A stretch of 64,000 nucleotides of DNA from Azolla caroliniana (lineage: Eukaryota; Plantae; Polypodiophyta): contig JBHGNT010000010.1 in NCBI GenBank assembly GCA_043228905.1, positions 9,052,001 to 9,116,000 on the forward strand. The letters are read 5' to 3'. Of this stretch, positions 46,501 to 60,880 are shown piece by piece. Each line of letters begins with the position of its first letter. The first letter of the stretch is position 1. Position numbers and translations under genes: made by a program. The notes beneath the pieces were generated by a model. The model was not told the DNA's origin, did not search any database, and saw only the letters and a program-made list of their open reading frames with translations.

Positions 46501-47385
46501 CGTGGGGAAAGCTAGCACAGATAGGGCTCCATGGTGGCTCCAAGAGGAGCACAAGAGTGTTGGCATAAAAGGCCGACTCCTTCCACTTTGTAACCGTAGT
46601 TTGAACACTTCATCTAGTTAGGGCTTGAGTATAAGCTCAACCCTAACATTGTAACGAGAATCTTCTTGTATCTTGAGTCTTGGAGCGTAAGAGTTAGAGA
46701 GAGAGAAATAACAGAGCTTCTATAAGAGCTTCAAAATGTGTCTACGCTTCCGTTTCTTCTTCTGTCATATTTGCTATGTTGTTTGCTGAGCATAATACGA
46801 TAGGTCCTCATACACGCTTCCGCATATCTGTTTACATAATTGTTCACAACTGGTAGCAGAGCAACTTGTTGTTCAACGACAACAAAAAAGCAGAAAAAGC
46901 TGAAAGAAAAGACTAGGTCAGTAAAATTTCATTTTCAAAAGAGAACATGGCTTCAACATCCGGTACAGGGGTTGAAATTAGAAAGTTCGACAACAAAAAG
47001 TTTGCTCTATGGAAGGAGATGATGCAGGATGTATTGATCATCCGACGTCAAATCAAGGCAATACGACACACCAACAAGCCAACCTCGATGATAGAAAAAG
47101 AATGACGCTCATTGGACGAAATAGCCAGGTTGACCATTTGTATACATCTGGCCAAAAATGTCTATTTCAGTATGGCAAAGGAGACGACAACATTCTCATT
47201 ATGGGAGAAGTTACAGGCTGTGTACGAGAAGAAATCCTCCTCATCGAAACTCATTTTCATTTGACAATTGTGCAATATGAAGATGAGAGAGTCGGACCTA
47301 GCGACCTCCCACATCAACACCTTCAACCTGGTGTTGTTTGAACTCTCCTCCCAAGGGATCAACTTTGAGGAAGAAGTGAAAGCTT
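46501..47385 (+). mobile_element. Copia 5' fragment: LTR ending 46848, Met PBS at 46851, gag from 46947
   Basis: TGGTAGCAGAGC PBS followed by MASTSGTGVEIRKFDNKKFALWKEMMQD, similar to the D gag start. The LTR's left end is approximate. Confidence 0.7.
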
Positions 47386-49161
47386 CCTCTTGGAGACGAA
47401 CGAAGGGTTCACGATCACTGGGTTGTGGTCAAAGGAGTATGCGGTCGGATTGACAAACAACGAGAATGGAAAGAGGAGGGGTCCTCAATAGTCGGTCTGA
47501 CGCCAGAGAGAAGGGTTGAGTTGGCGCCGACCTGAACAGAAGAAATGAGGAAGTGGCTCGAGTTGGGCCAAGCCCCGACCAACGTAGCCGTGGGACCATC
47601 CGGGGGCGTGGATCTAGAGGAGCTGACGAAAATGGTGTGCGATCTCCAAATATCTTAGGCCCGAAGGGGCGACGGAGGCTAACCGCACGACTAACAGCCG
47701 CTGGTTTACCAAAGGTGCTTATGGTGTGATGCCATCGGCCATGCCCGGAGAGACTGTGCCGACTTTGGCGAAGCACTCAGAAACGACGTGGTGTACCTTT
47801 GGAATGGCAGGGTGCACGTGAGTGACACGCGCAAAATGCTCGAAGTAAACACCGGACGAGGCAGCATGAAGAGGTTGATAGAGGAGGCTGCGGCATGGCA
47901 CGTCGAGGCTATCCACTACTCGGCCTCGGCTGGCATCCGCGTGGGTGGAAAGGTCACTAGCTCTTATGGAAACCCCGGATTTTGGCCGGTGGTACTGGAG
48001 ACCTTCTCCAAAAGGAAGCTGAAAAAGGGGGAAGCAAACCGCGTGGAAAGACGTGTATGCGAGGTCACTGGATGGAGCGACCCGGTTGAGGAGAAATCTG
48101 GCTTTGTAGAAACCGCGTGCTAGAACTACGAGGTTTTGGTCGACGACAAGCGGGCCGGAAAGACCGGAGGAGCATTCCCTTCGGGGAGGTATGATACCCG
48201 GAGCGGACCTAAGAAGAACGATGTCGCTCCGGCTGGATCTCAAGAAAGAGAAAAGGGCAAGGTTCTGAGCTTCCGGTTAAGCTCGGAAATCGAGAAAACA
48301 ACGGGCCTATGAAAGGTCCTAGAAGAGAGAATCCTCGATAGTCGTGTAGAACTCACACTAAGAGAAGTGCTAGGCATAGCAATGAGAGAGTTCCATGATG
48401 GCATTGTGGATCTCGTAAATAGGAAGCGGCTCTCGACAGAGCCAGAATTGGAGAAGCCGGTCGAGGTAAGGGCAACATTGCTCGACAAGGTGGCCGTAGA
48501 GGACGAGCTTGTGGAAAGCAACAACACAAGGCCGCACTAAGCCAGAGCAACGACAGAAACCCCGGTTCGGATCGGGGATGTAAAGGAGCCAGTGGTGGCG
48601 TTGATTGACCATGGGTCAGAAATTAACCTAATGTCCGTGGACTTCTACAAAAAGGGGAAATGGCCAATCAACACCAAGCACGGGTGGAAGATATGCGCGG
48701 CTACGCAGGCCACGGAGGAGCTACACGGGGCTTGCCTGAATGTCTGAGTAAGGGTCGGTGACGTCGAGATAGACCAACACTTTTTCGTGCAAGAGACATC
48801 CTCTCATCCGGTCATCCTCGGTGAACCATATATCACAACGGCGCGAATGGAAACCAAAGTGTTGGACAATGGTTTAGCCTATGCAAGGGTGAAGAGTCAG
48901 GACGGCCGTCACTCCGTTCAGTTCCTGACAGTACGACAGAACCATGAGCGGAATAGAGACACTCTCGACAATGACGGCCAAGAGGATTTTTAAAAAGGGC
49001 TATCAAGGTGTGGGGCCGCGATAGTCCGGACGACCAAAACAAACCCCACACATGTACTATAGGTAGGAAAATTTTGTTCTCCGACAACGGAGGTTGTACC
49101 ATAACCGGCATTAGTGGCTGGAACAAGAAACGAGTCGAAGGGCGGTTGAAGGCGTGCGGAG

Positions 49162-52100
49162 TGTAGGGATTGAACAAAGCCGTCAGTGCGGAAGAGATCA
49201 CACAATATGAATCTGTGATGAAGAAATACCTGCATTTGAGAGAGGCAAGAACAAATTACGTACAGGGAGAGAGAGAGAGAGAGGCACAAAGCATATATCT
49301 ATATTCATAAAAGGGCAACAGTTACAACAATGAACAACCAACCTTTACAAAAGGTTACAAAGTCACTTTATATAGTGACTCACTTAGGGCAACTGCCCTT
49401 TATGTTATTTACAAAAATAGCCCGAACTTGGGCTCTCTAAGAGGATAGTGTGAATACGTCCATTATACATTTGTATTCGACACTCCCCTGTAATGGGCGT
49501 ATACATGGGTTATCTAAAAAATACGGGTATAGGCATAGGTTCTCGGACAAGTCTGTTTTGTTCGAATCGGCATGATCCGTAGACAGAAGACCGAACTGGT
49601 CGGGTCGGAAAAGCTGAAGTCGGTCGTCAGTGAACCGATGTCTGTTGTCCGAAACTGTCCTGCACTATGTCCGGCTTCAACCGGACCGATATGTTGTTAC
49701 GCCCATCTGTTGCCGAAGAGACCGGAACCGGTCTGCCGAAAGACACCTGGTCATTCCATCTGCGACATTGTTGGTTGTGGATATCTTCTCTAAACCGATT
49801 TTCCTGGAAATGACGCAGTCCCGAACGAAGTGATATCGAACTTCGATATGCTTGGAGGCGTTGTGATGAACCGGATTTTTCGATAAAGCAACAACACTCT
49901 GACTGTCGCTGTAGACAACTGGAGCCGAGTCGGAGTCGACTTGCCGAAACGTGTGCGCCAGCCGACCGAGCCATAAAGCTTCTTTCGCTGCGTCGGAGGC
50001 AGCAACATATTCTGCTTCGGTCGTTGAGGTGGTTGTGCACTCCTGAAGTTTCGACTTCCACGAGATTGCTCCATTGCCGAATTTAAAGCAATATCTGGTT
50101 GTTGACTTGCGATTGTCCACACAGCCGGCGAAGTCCGAGTCGGTGTAACCGGCTACGCCTGAAGTTGAGTTCGGACCGAAAAGGATGCCGTGGTCTTTTG
50201 TGCTAGCTAAATATCTGAACACATGCTTGACTGCGTTCCAGTGCGATCGGCCGGGATTGTGCATAAATCTGCTGATGACTCCTACGACGTGGGAAATATC
50301 AGGCCGTGTTGCGACCATCGTGTACATCAGAGAGCCTACTGCCGGTGCATACGGTACCGACTTCATGTCTTCCCCCTCCGGACCGGATGTCGGGCAGTCT
50401 CACTGAGAAAGCCGAAGATGAATGGGGAGCGGGGTTGAAGCAGACTTGGCCGATTGCATGTTGAAGCATTCCAAGACATGTCCGATGTAGTCGGTTTGAG
50501 ACAGAAAAAGCTGTCTTTTGGCGCGATTCCGACTAATTTGCATTCCGAGTATGTGTCTTGCCGGACCGAGGTCCTTCATGGCAAACTTCAATCGCAGTTT
50601 CTGAACGAGTTCAGTGAGCTCTCCGGTATGCCGACCGGAGAGTAGCATGTCGTCCACGTAGATGATGAGGGACGGGAGAACCGTCTTGAGCTGTTTTGGT
50701 GAAGAGGCAGTGGTCCTCATCGCTCTTGGAGAAGCCGACCGACTGGATGAAATCGTCGAACTTCTTGTACCACTGTCAGGGTGCCTGTTTTAGGCCGTAA
50801 AGACTCTTCCTGAGTCGGCAGACTAGATGTTCCTGACCGGTGGCCACAAAGCCTTTCGGCTGCTCCATGTAGATTTCCTCCTTTAGATCACCGTGGAGGA
50901 ATGCCGTTTTCACATCTAGCTGAATCAGCTCCAAATTGTCGGCAGCCACAACACCGAGCATGAAACGAAGGGTTGTCATTTTCACCACTGGTGAAAAGAT
51001 TTCGTCGAAGTCGACGCCATATTCCTGTCAAAATCCCTTCGCAACTAATCTGGCCTTGTACTTTGGGGTGGTCGAGTTAGACGTCTCCTTTAGTCTATAG
51101 ACCCACTTGCAAGGAAGAGCACGTCGACTCTTCGGTAAGTCGACCAGATCCCAAGTCTGGTTGGCGCGGATGGAGTGCATTTCCGACTCCATTTCCAGAT
51201 GCCAGGTGACTGAATCGGCAGCTGCCGATGCTTCTTCGTAGGACGTCGGTTCGCCGGTGTCGGTGAAGAAAATTCCGGGAGAGTACCTCTCTGGAGGTTG
51301 CGATAGTCTCTCGGTTCTTCGAGGTATGACTGGACTGGTCGCACCGGGTGTCGATGTCGGATGGTCAGAAGCCGAGCCATTCGGCTATGCCGAATCTGTG
51401 GATTCGGTGCGAGAGAAGTCGGTTACCCGGGAAACTGGTCTCGTGTTGTGTGCGGGGCCGTCATGAAGGGTGGGCACTTCGGAAAATATTACCCTTCGGA
51501 CTTCAATAGGCCTTTCGGCCGTTTTGTGCATAGTCGACTCGTTGAACACGACGTCCGAACTTCAGACGATTTGCCTGTGCTCGGGGTCCCAGAGTCGGTA
51601 TCCGATCTCATCGTCGGGTCCATACCCGAGGAAAACGCATTTCCTTGATCTCGGTTCGAGTTTTCAGCGGTCATCTTTCGGTATGAGGGCGTATGCCTCG
51701 CAACCGAAAATCCTCAGCTTATCATAATTCGGCTTTCTCCCGGTCCATATTTCCTGAGGTATCCTAAGTCCTAGAGGTCTACTTGGCGACATATTGATTA
51801 TGTGTATTGCCGTGAGTAGAGCCTCTACCCAGAAGCCATCCGACAGTCCGGAGTGTTGGAGCATGGATACAACGCGTTCTTGAATTGTCCGATTCATGCG
51901 TTCTGTGATTCCATTTTTCTCCGGACTATATGGTGCCGTATATTCACGTCTAATGCCGCGTTCTCGGCAAAATTTGACGAATTCATCAGATTTGAACTCA
52001 CCTCCATTGTCGGTTCGGAGACAATTCAGTTTCTGACCGGTCTGGTTTTCGACCATTGCGAGCCAATCTGAGAAGATCGAGAACACCCGATCTTTGGTTC

Positions 52101-54541
52101 TGATGGGGTAAGCCCACACCTTCCGAGTCGAGTTGTCAATGAAACTGACGAAGTACGAGGCACCACCGAGTGACTGATGTGGCATCGGGCCACAGACGTC
52201 CGAGTGGACCAAATCGAGCGGGCTCGACTCTCTTGGTGTTGATGTCGGGTGTGATGCGGCTACCTGTTTGCCGTACTGGCAATGCTCGCAAAACTGATGG
52301 TTCGAGAAGGAGAGTTTCGGGATGTATCCGGCTCTGGATAGGTGCGTGATGCCGGCCTTGCTGAGGTGTCCAAGTCATCCATGCCATAAGGATGACACAG
52401 GGATATCTACCAGAAATAAGTCACCCTCTCTGAGTGTGACATACAAAGGGTACAATGAGTGTACCTTTGGTCCTCTAGCAAGCAGGAGGTTCCCTCTGTG
52501 GAGTGTCCACCCTCCTGATGAGAAACCAGCACGGATGCCAGCTTCATCAAGTTGTCCGACGGAGATCAGGGGTCGTGAGAGCTCAGGAACGTGTCGGACG
52601 TTGTGTAGTATGAGTGTAGAACCACCCGGAAGGTTGAGCTCTACGGTGCCGATTCCGATGATAGCACAGTGCCGGTCCAAATATTGCCGAAACTGTGATC
52701 GGTGAGGTGTCACGTGATACGACGCGCCCAAGTCCAGAAGCCATGTGCTTGATTCCTCAGTCGTAAGCAGAACTTTTGATTCGACTGGATTCTCTATGGA
52801 CAATATGTTCGGGTCGGTCGTCAATATCTCGGCTGAAGAGCCGATGTAGTTGACTTCCTCATGCCGGTTACTCCTCTGATCAGCTCTCTAAGCTTTGTCT
52901 GTCCTTGACTTGAGTACCCGACAGTCGGCCTTGATGTGTCCCGGTTTCTTGCAGTAGTTGCAAATTCGGGTTTCTCGGGACTTGCTGCGGCTTCGCTGAT
53001 TTGTCGGTGGTCGGGAAGAGCTTCTTCCCCGGTTGTTCGATCGGTCGGTCGAACCTTGTACTACATAGGCTTCTTCTGCCGAGTCTTTGGTGAAAGACTT
53101 TCTCCGAGCTGCTTCAGTCAGGATTGCACTTGTGACTTCGGAGTACTTGATGGCAGTCGTAGAAGCGTTGCACACAGTTGTAACGAAGGTTTCCCAAGAG
53201 GAGGGGAGACTGCTCATGAGTATCATTGCTCTGAGTTCATCCTCGATTGTCGTCCCCTGTGACGAGATTTGGGAGCTCAAACTTTCGTACTCATTAAGGT
53301 GTGCCTGAACCGAATCAGAGTCTTTCATCCGCAAGTTGTAGAGGCGCCGGATCAAATACATCTTCGTTGAGGCGACCTTCTTTTCGTAGGTTTCCGACAG
53401 CTTCTTCCAAAGTTCGAAGGCTGTTGTGCACGATTGCACTGCGAAGTACACTGACTCCGACAGGTGCATCTGAATTGTGGCGCGGACGATTCTGTCCAGC
53501 TTCTGCCACTCATTTGCCTTGTATATTTCTGGAGCAGTTTCATTCGGAGTTGACTACGAACCTTGTTGGAGTCCAGCCGGTCGGCTCACCCGATATCGTT
53601 CTAGTCGGATTTGAACCCAAGTCGGTTCGGCTTCGGATATATGTATTGTTGAACTTGCTCGAATTGACTCCGGTAACTTGAGGGACAGAACCGACTGGTC
53701 TTCCCGAATGTTGCCGAGTCGGAGTGAGCCCGGTTCGCTTCCGAATATATATGCCAAATACCGATTATTGAAACCGATTGTCTGGACCGATTCTGCTTCG
53801 GGTGACTGCAACGACGAGAGAGACGGATCCAATTGATCCTCCCGAATGTCGATCAGCCGGATGAAGCAGGAATTGGGGTTGTTGTCTTGAGACCGATCTG
53901 CACCGAGTGGTTACAACGGGCGGCGAGCAACGCTCGATGACCTGTTCGGATGCCGTTTAACTGAGTGGAGCACGATCGTGTCAATGTTGCACAAGGGGAT
54001 TTCACCTCGAGCGGTTACGATCACAAGGAACAGAGTACAACCGGCTGGCTTACTCCAAGTGAAGATGATCTAACGCGATGAGATGCAAGCCTCGTTTTTC
54101 TTCTTCTTCTCTCTTCTCTATTTCTTCAAATACAAAACAGAAAAAAACATAATGTTGTGATCCAAAGATTCGAATGGCGGCCGGCAGCGGGATGAAGGAC
54201 ATCCAAGCTCTGATACCAAATGTAGGGATTGAACAAAGCCGTCAGTGTGGAAGAGATCACACAGTATGAATCTGTGATGAAGAAATACCTGCATTTGAGA
54301 GAGGCAAGAACAAATTACGTACAGGGAGAGAGAGAGAGAGAGGCACACAACATATATCTATATTCATAAAAGGGCAACAGTTACAAAAATGAACAACCAA
54401 CCTTTACAAAAGGTTACAAAGTCACTTTATATAGTGACTCACTTAGGGCAACTGCCCTTTATGTTATTTACAGAAATAGCCCGAACTTGGGCTCTCTAAG
54501 AGGATAGTGTGAATACGTCCATTATACATTTGTATTCGACA
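49162..54541 (-). mobile_element. Copia G (D family), full length but mutated: LTRs 49162-49482 and 54221-54541, Met PBS 54207-54218
   Basis: TSD CGGAG at 49157-49161 and 54542-54546. The 321-bp LTRs match. The polyprotein carries stops, frameshifts and a deletion of the gag start near 53550. Confidence 0.93.
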
Positions 54542-57500
54542 CGGAGCCTTGGGCCCGGACGAGGAGATTAGCGACGCTGTGGAGGCGGTCTCATTCGATG
54601 ACACCCTTGGGGAGATTGAGAGGGTAGTCGAAAGGGGTCTAAGTGAAGACCGGGCCATACTGGTTAATTCAGTCGAGATGTGCAAAGTCATCGCGAACTT
54701 CGAGAGGGAAATCGGGGCGCATCGGACCGCCCACGTGGACACAAAGTACAAGACTATGGACTGGAAGGTGAAACCAATCGCGGCTCCCTTGTCGGAGGGC
54801 AGCTGGGAACGAATAAAGGGGGTTGCTACTGACCCAAGCTTGCGAGATCTGGCTGGCATAGGACACTGGTTCACCGACAAGACGCTACGAGAGCTGAAGA
54901 TCGGTGGGGGTGGCTTCCTACTGCCGGTGGAAGAGGATCAGTTCAGGGGGATGCTCGAGAAGCACGGGAAAGCCTTCGCATTCTCATCGAGAGAGATCAG
55001 GCACATCGACCCGACCACTGTCGAACCGATGGTAATCTTCACTGTACCGCATGTGTATTGGAGTCTCAAGCCGATTTAGGTACCAAGAGCTCACCTCCCG
55101 AAGTTGACGGAGCTTCTTAAGCAGAAATTGGAGTTGGGCATCCTCGAGCCGTCGAGTGCCCCTTACTCAAATTGGTGGTTTACAGTACCAAAGAAGAACG
55201 GCTCACTGCGCTTCATTCAAGACTTGCAGCCGGTCAATAAAGTGACCATTCGCAATACGAGAGTCGGGCCGTAAATCGACGAATTCATGGAGGCCTTTGT
55301 CGGAAGGTCCATATACTCGGTCGAAGACTTATACTCGGGGTACGACCAATTCCAACTACCCTTCGAAAGCAAGGACATCACGACGATGCGAACTCCTCTT
55401 TGCCTAGTTCGGATGTGTACCCTACCGCAAGGAGGGACCAGTTCGGTGGCGCACATGGTGAATGGGATGAACAAAGTATTGAGGGACTGCATCCTGGACA
55501 TCACCAAGCCATTCCTGGACGACATTCCTATCAAGGGGTGTCCGAAGGACACAAAGGACGAGTCGATCAGAGAAAACGAATGCAGAAGGTTTGTCACAGA
55601 CCACATCTCCGACTGTGAGAAGATACTGCAGAGTCTTGAGGGTGCTTGGCTTACCTTCTCCGAGGAGAAGTCGGCTTTCGGGCAACCGGAGATCTTAGTG
55701 GTCGGCCACCTATGCGAACCATATGGCCGAAAACCGTCCCCAACGAAGGTAGAGGCCATCTCGGCCATGAAAGAAGAGTGCGGATCCATCATAGAGGTCC
55801 GGTGGTTTTTGGGAGCATGCGCCTTCTACCATATCTGGATTCCACACTATGTGTGTGCCTTCTACCATATCTGGATTCCGCACTATGCGTGCGCCTTCTA
55901 CCATATCTGGATTTTGCACTATGCGCATATCGCCGAGCCACTCTACGGCTTGCTAAAGAAAGGCATGAAATATGAATGGGGCGAAGAACACATGGAGGCG
56001 GTCCAGAGACTAAAGGAAATGTTGACAACTGCATCGGCTCTACGGAAAGTTGTATACAAACCGGACACTCCAGTTTACATCACAGTGGACACCAGCCCGA
56101 CCGGAATCGGATGGGTCGTAAATAAGGAAGATGAGAACGACGCGCGTTTTCTCATCCGGTTCAGTGCGAAGGTGTTGAGCGAGTGGTAGCGAGGATACGC
56201 CCAAGTCAAATGCGAACTATGGGGTATCGTTTTGGCGGTTAAGGTCAACAAGGACTACTTAATCGAGACAGAAGTGATTATAGAGACAGACTGCCTACCG
56301 ATTGTCGGTATGGTTTCCAGATGCGCAACCCCAGATTTGGCGATGCTTAGATGGATTGCATACATCAAATCCCTGAACCCGGAAATACGACATATTTCTG
56401 GAAAGGACAATGCCATGGCCGACATGCTTTCAAGAGCGAGGTTCGAGAACGAGGATAGCATGGTGTCGGAAAACAAATAAGTGGGTGTGGACTTCTTCAA
56501 ACCGGCCCGGATGAAGGTAAACAGGCGAAGCACTTCGCCCCTGAACGAGTTCGACGTGAACGACTACGATGGGGAGTGGCTTCTAATCGGAAGATTCCTA
56601 AGCGCGATGACATCGGACGTGTCATGGACAAAGGAAGAAGCGAATCGACTCCGAAAGAAGGTGTATAAATTCTTCCTACGAAGCGTGAAAATCTGGTGAC
56701 ATCCAAAGAAGTGGAACAACGCGCCACTCTGGGTAGTGATGCAAATTGAAGACCAAACAACGTTGATGATGGAGTTCCACGAGAGCCCTTGGTCCGGACA
56801 TCGGGGTACATGGGCCACGTTTGAGAAGCTAAAGGAGAAGTACTGGTGGTTGGGAATGTAGAAGGACGCGCACCACTTTGTGTCGATGTGCGAAAGCTGC
56901 CAGATGCACTCGGTGGTTCGACACCGCGACGAGCTGCACCTGACCTACCCGCCAACCATACACTTCAAGTGGATGGTCGACTTGGTGACGATGTTGATGG
57001 GAGTAGGATAGATGCAATACCTGGTGCTAGTGACGGAAGATCTGACGAACCAGGTGGAAGGTCCGGCATTGACGAACAAGACCACTGCGGCCGTATGCAA
57101 GTTTCTAATCGAAGATGTCATCTACTGATACGGGTGTGTGGGGAAAATTGTGGCCGACCGCGGAGAGCTGGATGCGGAGGAGGCCGAGGAGCTATTTGAC
57201 TGGCTAGAGGTCAAGGTGTCCCTTACAACGACATACAACCCGGAGGCAAATGGGAAGGTTGAGCGGGGTAATGGGCCGATCGTAAAGGCCATAGTATGCG
57301 CATGTGAAGGGCGAGTCGGCAACTGGCCAAGGCTCCTACCTTATGCGCTGTGGGCGAACCGAACTACGCACAGTTCGGTGACCGGATGCATGCATGTAGA
57401 GCTCATGTTCGGGTAGAAACCCATCATGCCGGTGGAGCGAACAATTACCTCCTGGATGGCAGTCGACTGGGCCGACGAAATGATTCGGGAGGAGTTGCTA

Positions 57501-58164
57501 TCGGCTTGCATCCGACAACTTGAGCGGAGGCTGGAAGACGTGGAGCGGGCAACAACGAGAACGGAAGAAGCGCGGACCAGGAGCAAAGCTCGGTTCGACA
57601 AGATGCATCGACTTTGACCGAGGAAGATCGAGGAAGGCGATTGGGTGCTGGTATATGATAGCGGTCTCAACAACCGACACCGGTCCACGTGTAAGTTCGC
57701 AAAGCGGTGGTTCGGGCCATACGTAGTGTCCAGCGCAAATGACAACGCGACATACCACCTCACGGAGCTCGACGGGACTAGAATAGCGACACCGGTAGCA
57801 GGGAAGCGAATAAAGGCCTTCAAAAAGAGGCACGAAGCAGAACCAGACCCGATGTTGGGAACTGAAGGCGACGTTTTGGATGAGGAGTAAAAGATAGCCC
57901 GGAAATCATCCGTGACTAAACTCACTACTTGGCAATACCGGAGGATGTGTGGTTTGGTGGGGGTGGATGTCGTGATGATTTCAGGCCATAAGGGGAAACA
58001 TAGCCAAATACGTGTGAACGCGGGTGTGCACAAGTGCACCCCCTTTTGTACTAACATGTGTAAATACTAAGTAATGATAGGGTTTTGGTGATTACTAGGA
58101 AGTTAGACTTTAATAGGTGCTTTAATATCACGCAAGTGGAGGAGAATAAAGGGGGGTTAATGGG

Positions 58165-59590
58165 AATTAGAATTAGAATTAGAATTTTTATCGTCCATAA
58201 AGAGGCCAATTTTGACCTATGGGACTAGAGTATACATGTGTTCTTGATATATGTCTCCTTCCTAAGAAGGGGTATTCATATGTTGAAGCACAAAGTCTCT
58301 ATGTGTTAATAAAGCATACACATATGAGCTCAACCTTCTAGGTGGTGTCTTAAGTATGGATCTTAAGTTATCACTCCCTCTTAGTATGTCAACATATCTT
58401 GAACGAATTGCACTATATGTCGAGCATGTGAAGAGCAAGTGACATTCATCCTCTACCATGCCTTCATTGCATACTTTACATGTCTTCAAATTCGTTACAT
58501 TTTGATACCATGATGCAACTTCAATACCTAACTTGTGAGATTGAGTGCGAAGTAGTGTAAGGGCTCTACGAGCATTGCTACTCATATTGGTAATGAGATA
58601 AGGTTGGATACGATCAATAGACATTCTTGCTTTATATTGAGACCAACATTCAGGGTTGACATTTGCAATGTAGTATTCTAGCTTTGTCCTCTTAGTATCC
58701 TCCCACTTCATCCTTAATGATTCCACCAACCTTTCCTCAATCATTACATATTGCATAACATTGCCTGAAAGCTCTAAAAGATCATCCACACCCCATCTTC
58801 TAAACCATTTCTTTATGTCAACAACCCAACCAGATGAGAGAATCTTACTTTTATGATTCTTTTGTAGCTTACATCCAACATTCCAAGAAAGATGTGGTAA
58901 TCGATGATTCGGCATATTCTTGTCTTTTGTAATGTATTTATATACTCTTTGGAGTGCCAATAGTTCTATGGGTTGGACACCCGTTTCCAAGACCATAACC
59001 TGGTAAGAGGTAGTGCATTTAACTCTTAATTGCCTCCTTAAAAACATCTTTTGAATTTTCTCAATCTCGTTCCATACATTAAGAGAGATGGTGTCACCCC
59101 ATACTTCTACTCCATAAAGCAATACTTGAGTTACCACGACATTGAACAACATTAATTTTACTTCCCATCCACAAGTATCACTTTGGTTGCATTGGTTCTC
59201 CAAAAGGTAATATGATTTCCAACCGGCTTGGAGTCTAGAATCAAAGCATGCACTCCATTTATTTGTGGTGGGTACATCAATACCACGATATTTAAAGCTT
59301 TGAACAAATTGTATATGTTCACCTTTATACGTGAGCATAGGGTAATGATGAGGTTGGATGGTTTGCACTACCATCATTTTTGTTTTCTCCACATTCACTA
59401 CTAGTCCACTACTATGGCAAAATTCTTCTAATACCCCAAGTAAATGTTGCATACTATCAACATCATATGAGAAGAGTACCACATCATCTGCATATAGAAG
59501 CAATAAGATAACATGTTGCATCAAATTGGGGCCATTCAATCCTTCTTCTCTTCCAACCTTATTCACCACTTCTTCTAATTTATCAAAAAA
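58165..59590 (-). mobile_element. 5'-truncated LINE (RTE/RTEX-like): RT C-terminal ORF 58262-59569, CCHC motif, (TTCTAA)n tail
   Basis: LLLYADD, FKYRG and CKVC...EDECHLLFTC motifs. (TTAGAA)3 lies on the + strand near 58168-58187. Confidence 0.82.
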
Positions 59591-60539
59591 TCAAGAAGAG
59601 AATCTAGAGGGACAATGAAAGGTCATTAAACCCTAATGTAACGGTCGTCCCTTACGCTATAAATGGGGTGGCCCCAAATTGTTTTAGGATTGATGTTTTT
59701 AAGGGGGGGGGAAAGAAAACTCTGTCGTTGAGGGTACTGAAGCTCTCTCTTGATCTCTCGATCTCTCTGATTACGACCCACGACTGAACTTCGGAAGGTG
59801 CATCCTCTGCTCGCGTCAGACGCCCGCGTGCTCCCGACCAAAGGGTCATCACTTTGCGTGTGTTTATTGTAGAGCTCGAAGCTCTGGTCCTGGCTCAGAC
59901 CGGTTGTACTCTCCACGCATCACGCGCATGTTCTAACTAATACTGTTATTCTATTATGTTGTCTTGTGTTGCAATTCCATCATATCGCGTTGTAACGGTG
60001 ACCTACGACCGCCTCCCTCTTGTCCCTCTTTATTCTGTCTATGGTCTGTGTGTACGCAACGCGAGGGATATTCCTCCTCTTTGCTCGATTCCTTGGCTCA
60101 AGACCCCCGTGGTCCTGCCCCATTTCTACGCATCTGCGTAGAATTCTACGAAAACGCTGATGGTGACACAAGGAGGAAACAACCCAAGGTGGGACTACTA
60201 GCCCTCATGTTGGTTGTTTCCTACTCATCTCCCACCCTCCCTTTGTTGTAGGCCACATGATCCGGCTCTTAGTAGCCGATGATGAAGGGCACTAGTTTAT
60301 AGCTATAGGTACCTACTTACATTAAGTAGTTAGTTTGAAAGGATGTGCGTAGTCTCATATTCTTGAACTCGATCGGAGGGTGATTCCTCGATTTATGTAT
60401 AAGCCACCTTGTATAGTATTTCTGTAATAATCTCTCCTAACTAATGGGGAAGTAACTTCTTTTCGGAAAGAAAAAAAAAAAGATTGCTTGTGAAGAGTTG
60501 AATTAAGAGTAGATCATGCATTATATACAATAATGAGCC

Positions 60540-60880
60540 ATTTGAAACCATGGAAATCTTTAAATACCTTATCTCTTGTAAATTTCCTTCGAATCATAAA
60601 TGGAATGAATATGTTACATGTTGCGTAGAGGTGGGAAAGAGATTTTATTATGCATTTCAGAACACATGCAATGGTGGAGAAATTAAATGTTTGGTTTTTA
60701 AGAATTACCTTTTTGAAACTTTGGTGACAATGGTGCTTCCCCGTAAGGTGGAGGCATAGGATAATAACATCCTCAAATTCGTTAACAGAAGTTGAGTATA
60801 TGCTTAAGGTTCAAAAATGTTCCTCACATGGTCTTCCTAGGCTCGCATAAAAAGCAAGAAAAAAGATTCAAAAGAAATAT
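60540..60880 (+). mobile_element. Decayed fragment of a related LINE
   Basis: IFKYL...VGKRFYYAFQNTC...LFETLVTMVL parallels the 58262-59569 protein. Confidence 0.55.

Larger units (their letters stand above)
47385..60168 (+). mobile_element. Degenerate, 5'-truncated Gypsy F (C family): gag-PR to 48993, pol to 57890, PPT, 3' LTR from 57968 to ~60168 split by a LINE
   Basis: Collinear similarity to the C proteins with many stops. GGTGGGGGTGGA-TGTCGTGA forms the PPT/LTR junction. The conserved LTR motif is at 60100-60115. Confidence 0.85.

Noticed and set aside
60160-60175. Third test of ACGT targeting at the F 3' LTR end
   Set aside because: The flank is not ACGT, but the LTR end is uncertain and the 5' LTR is missing, so no TSD can be read. 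It is weak evidence against strict specificity.
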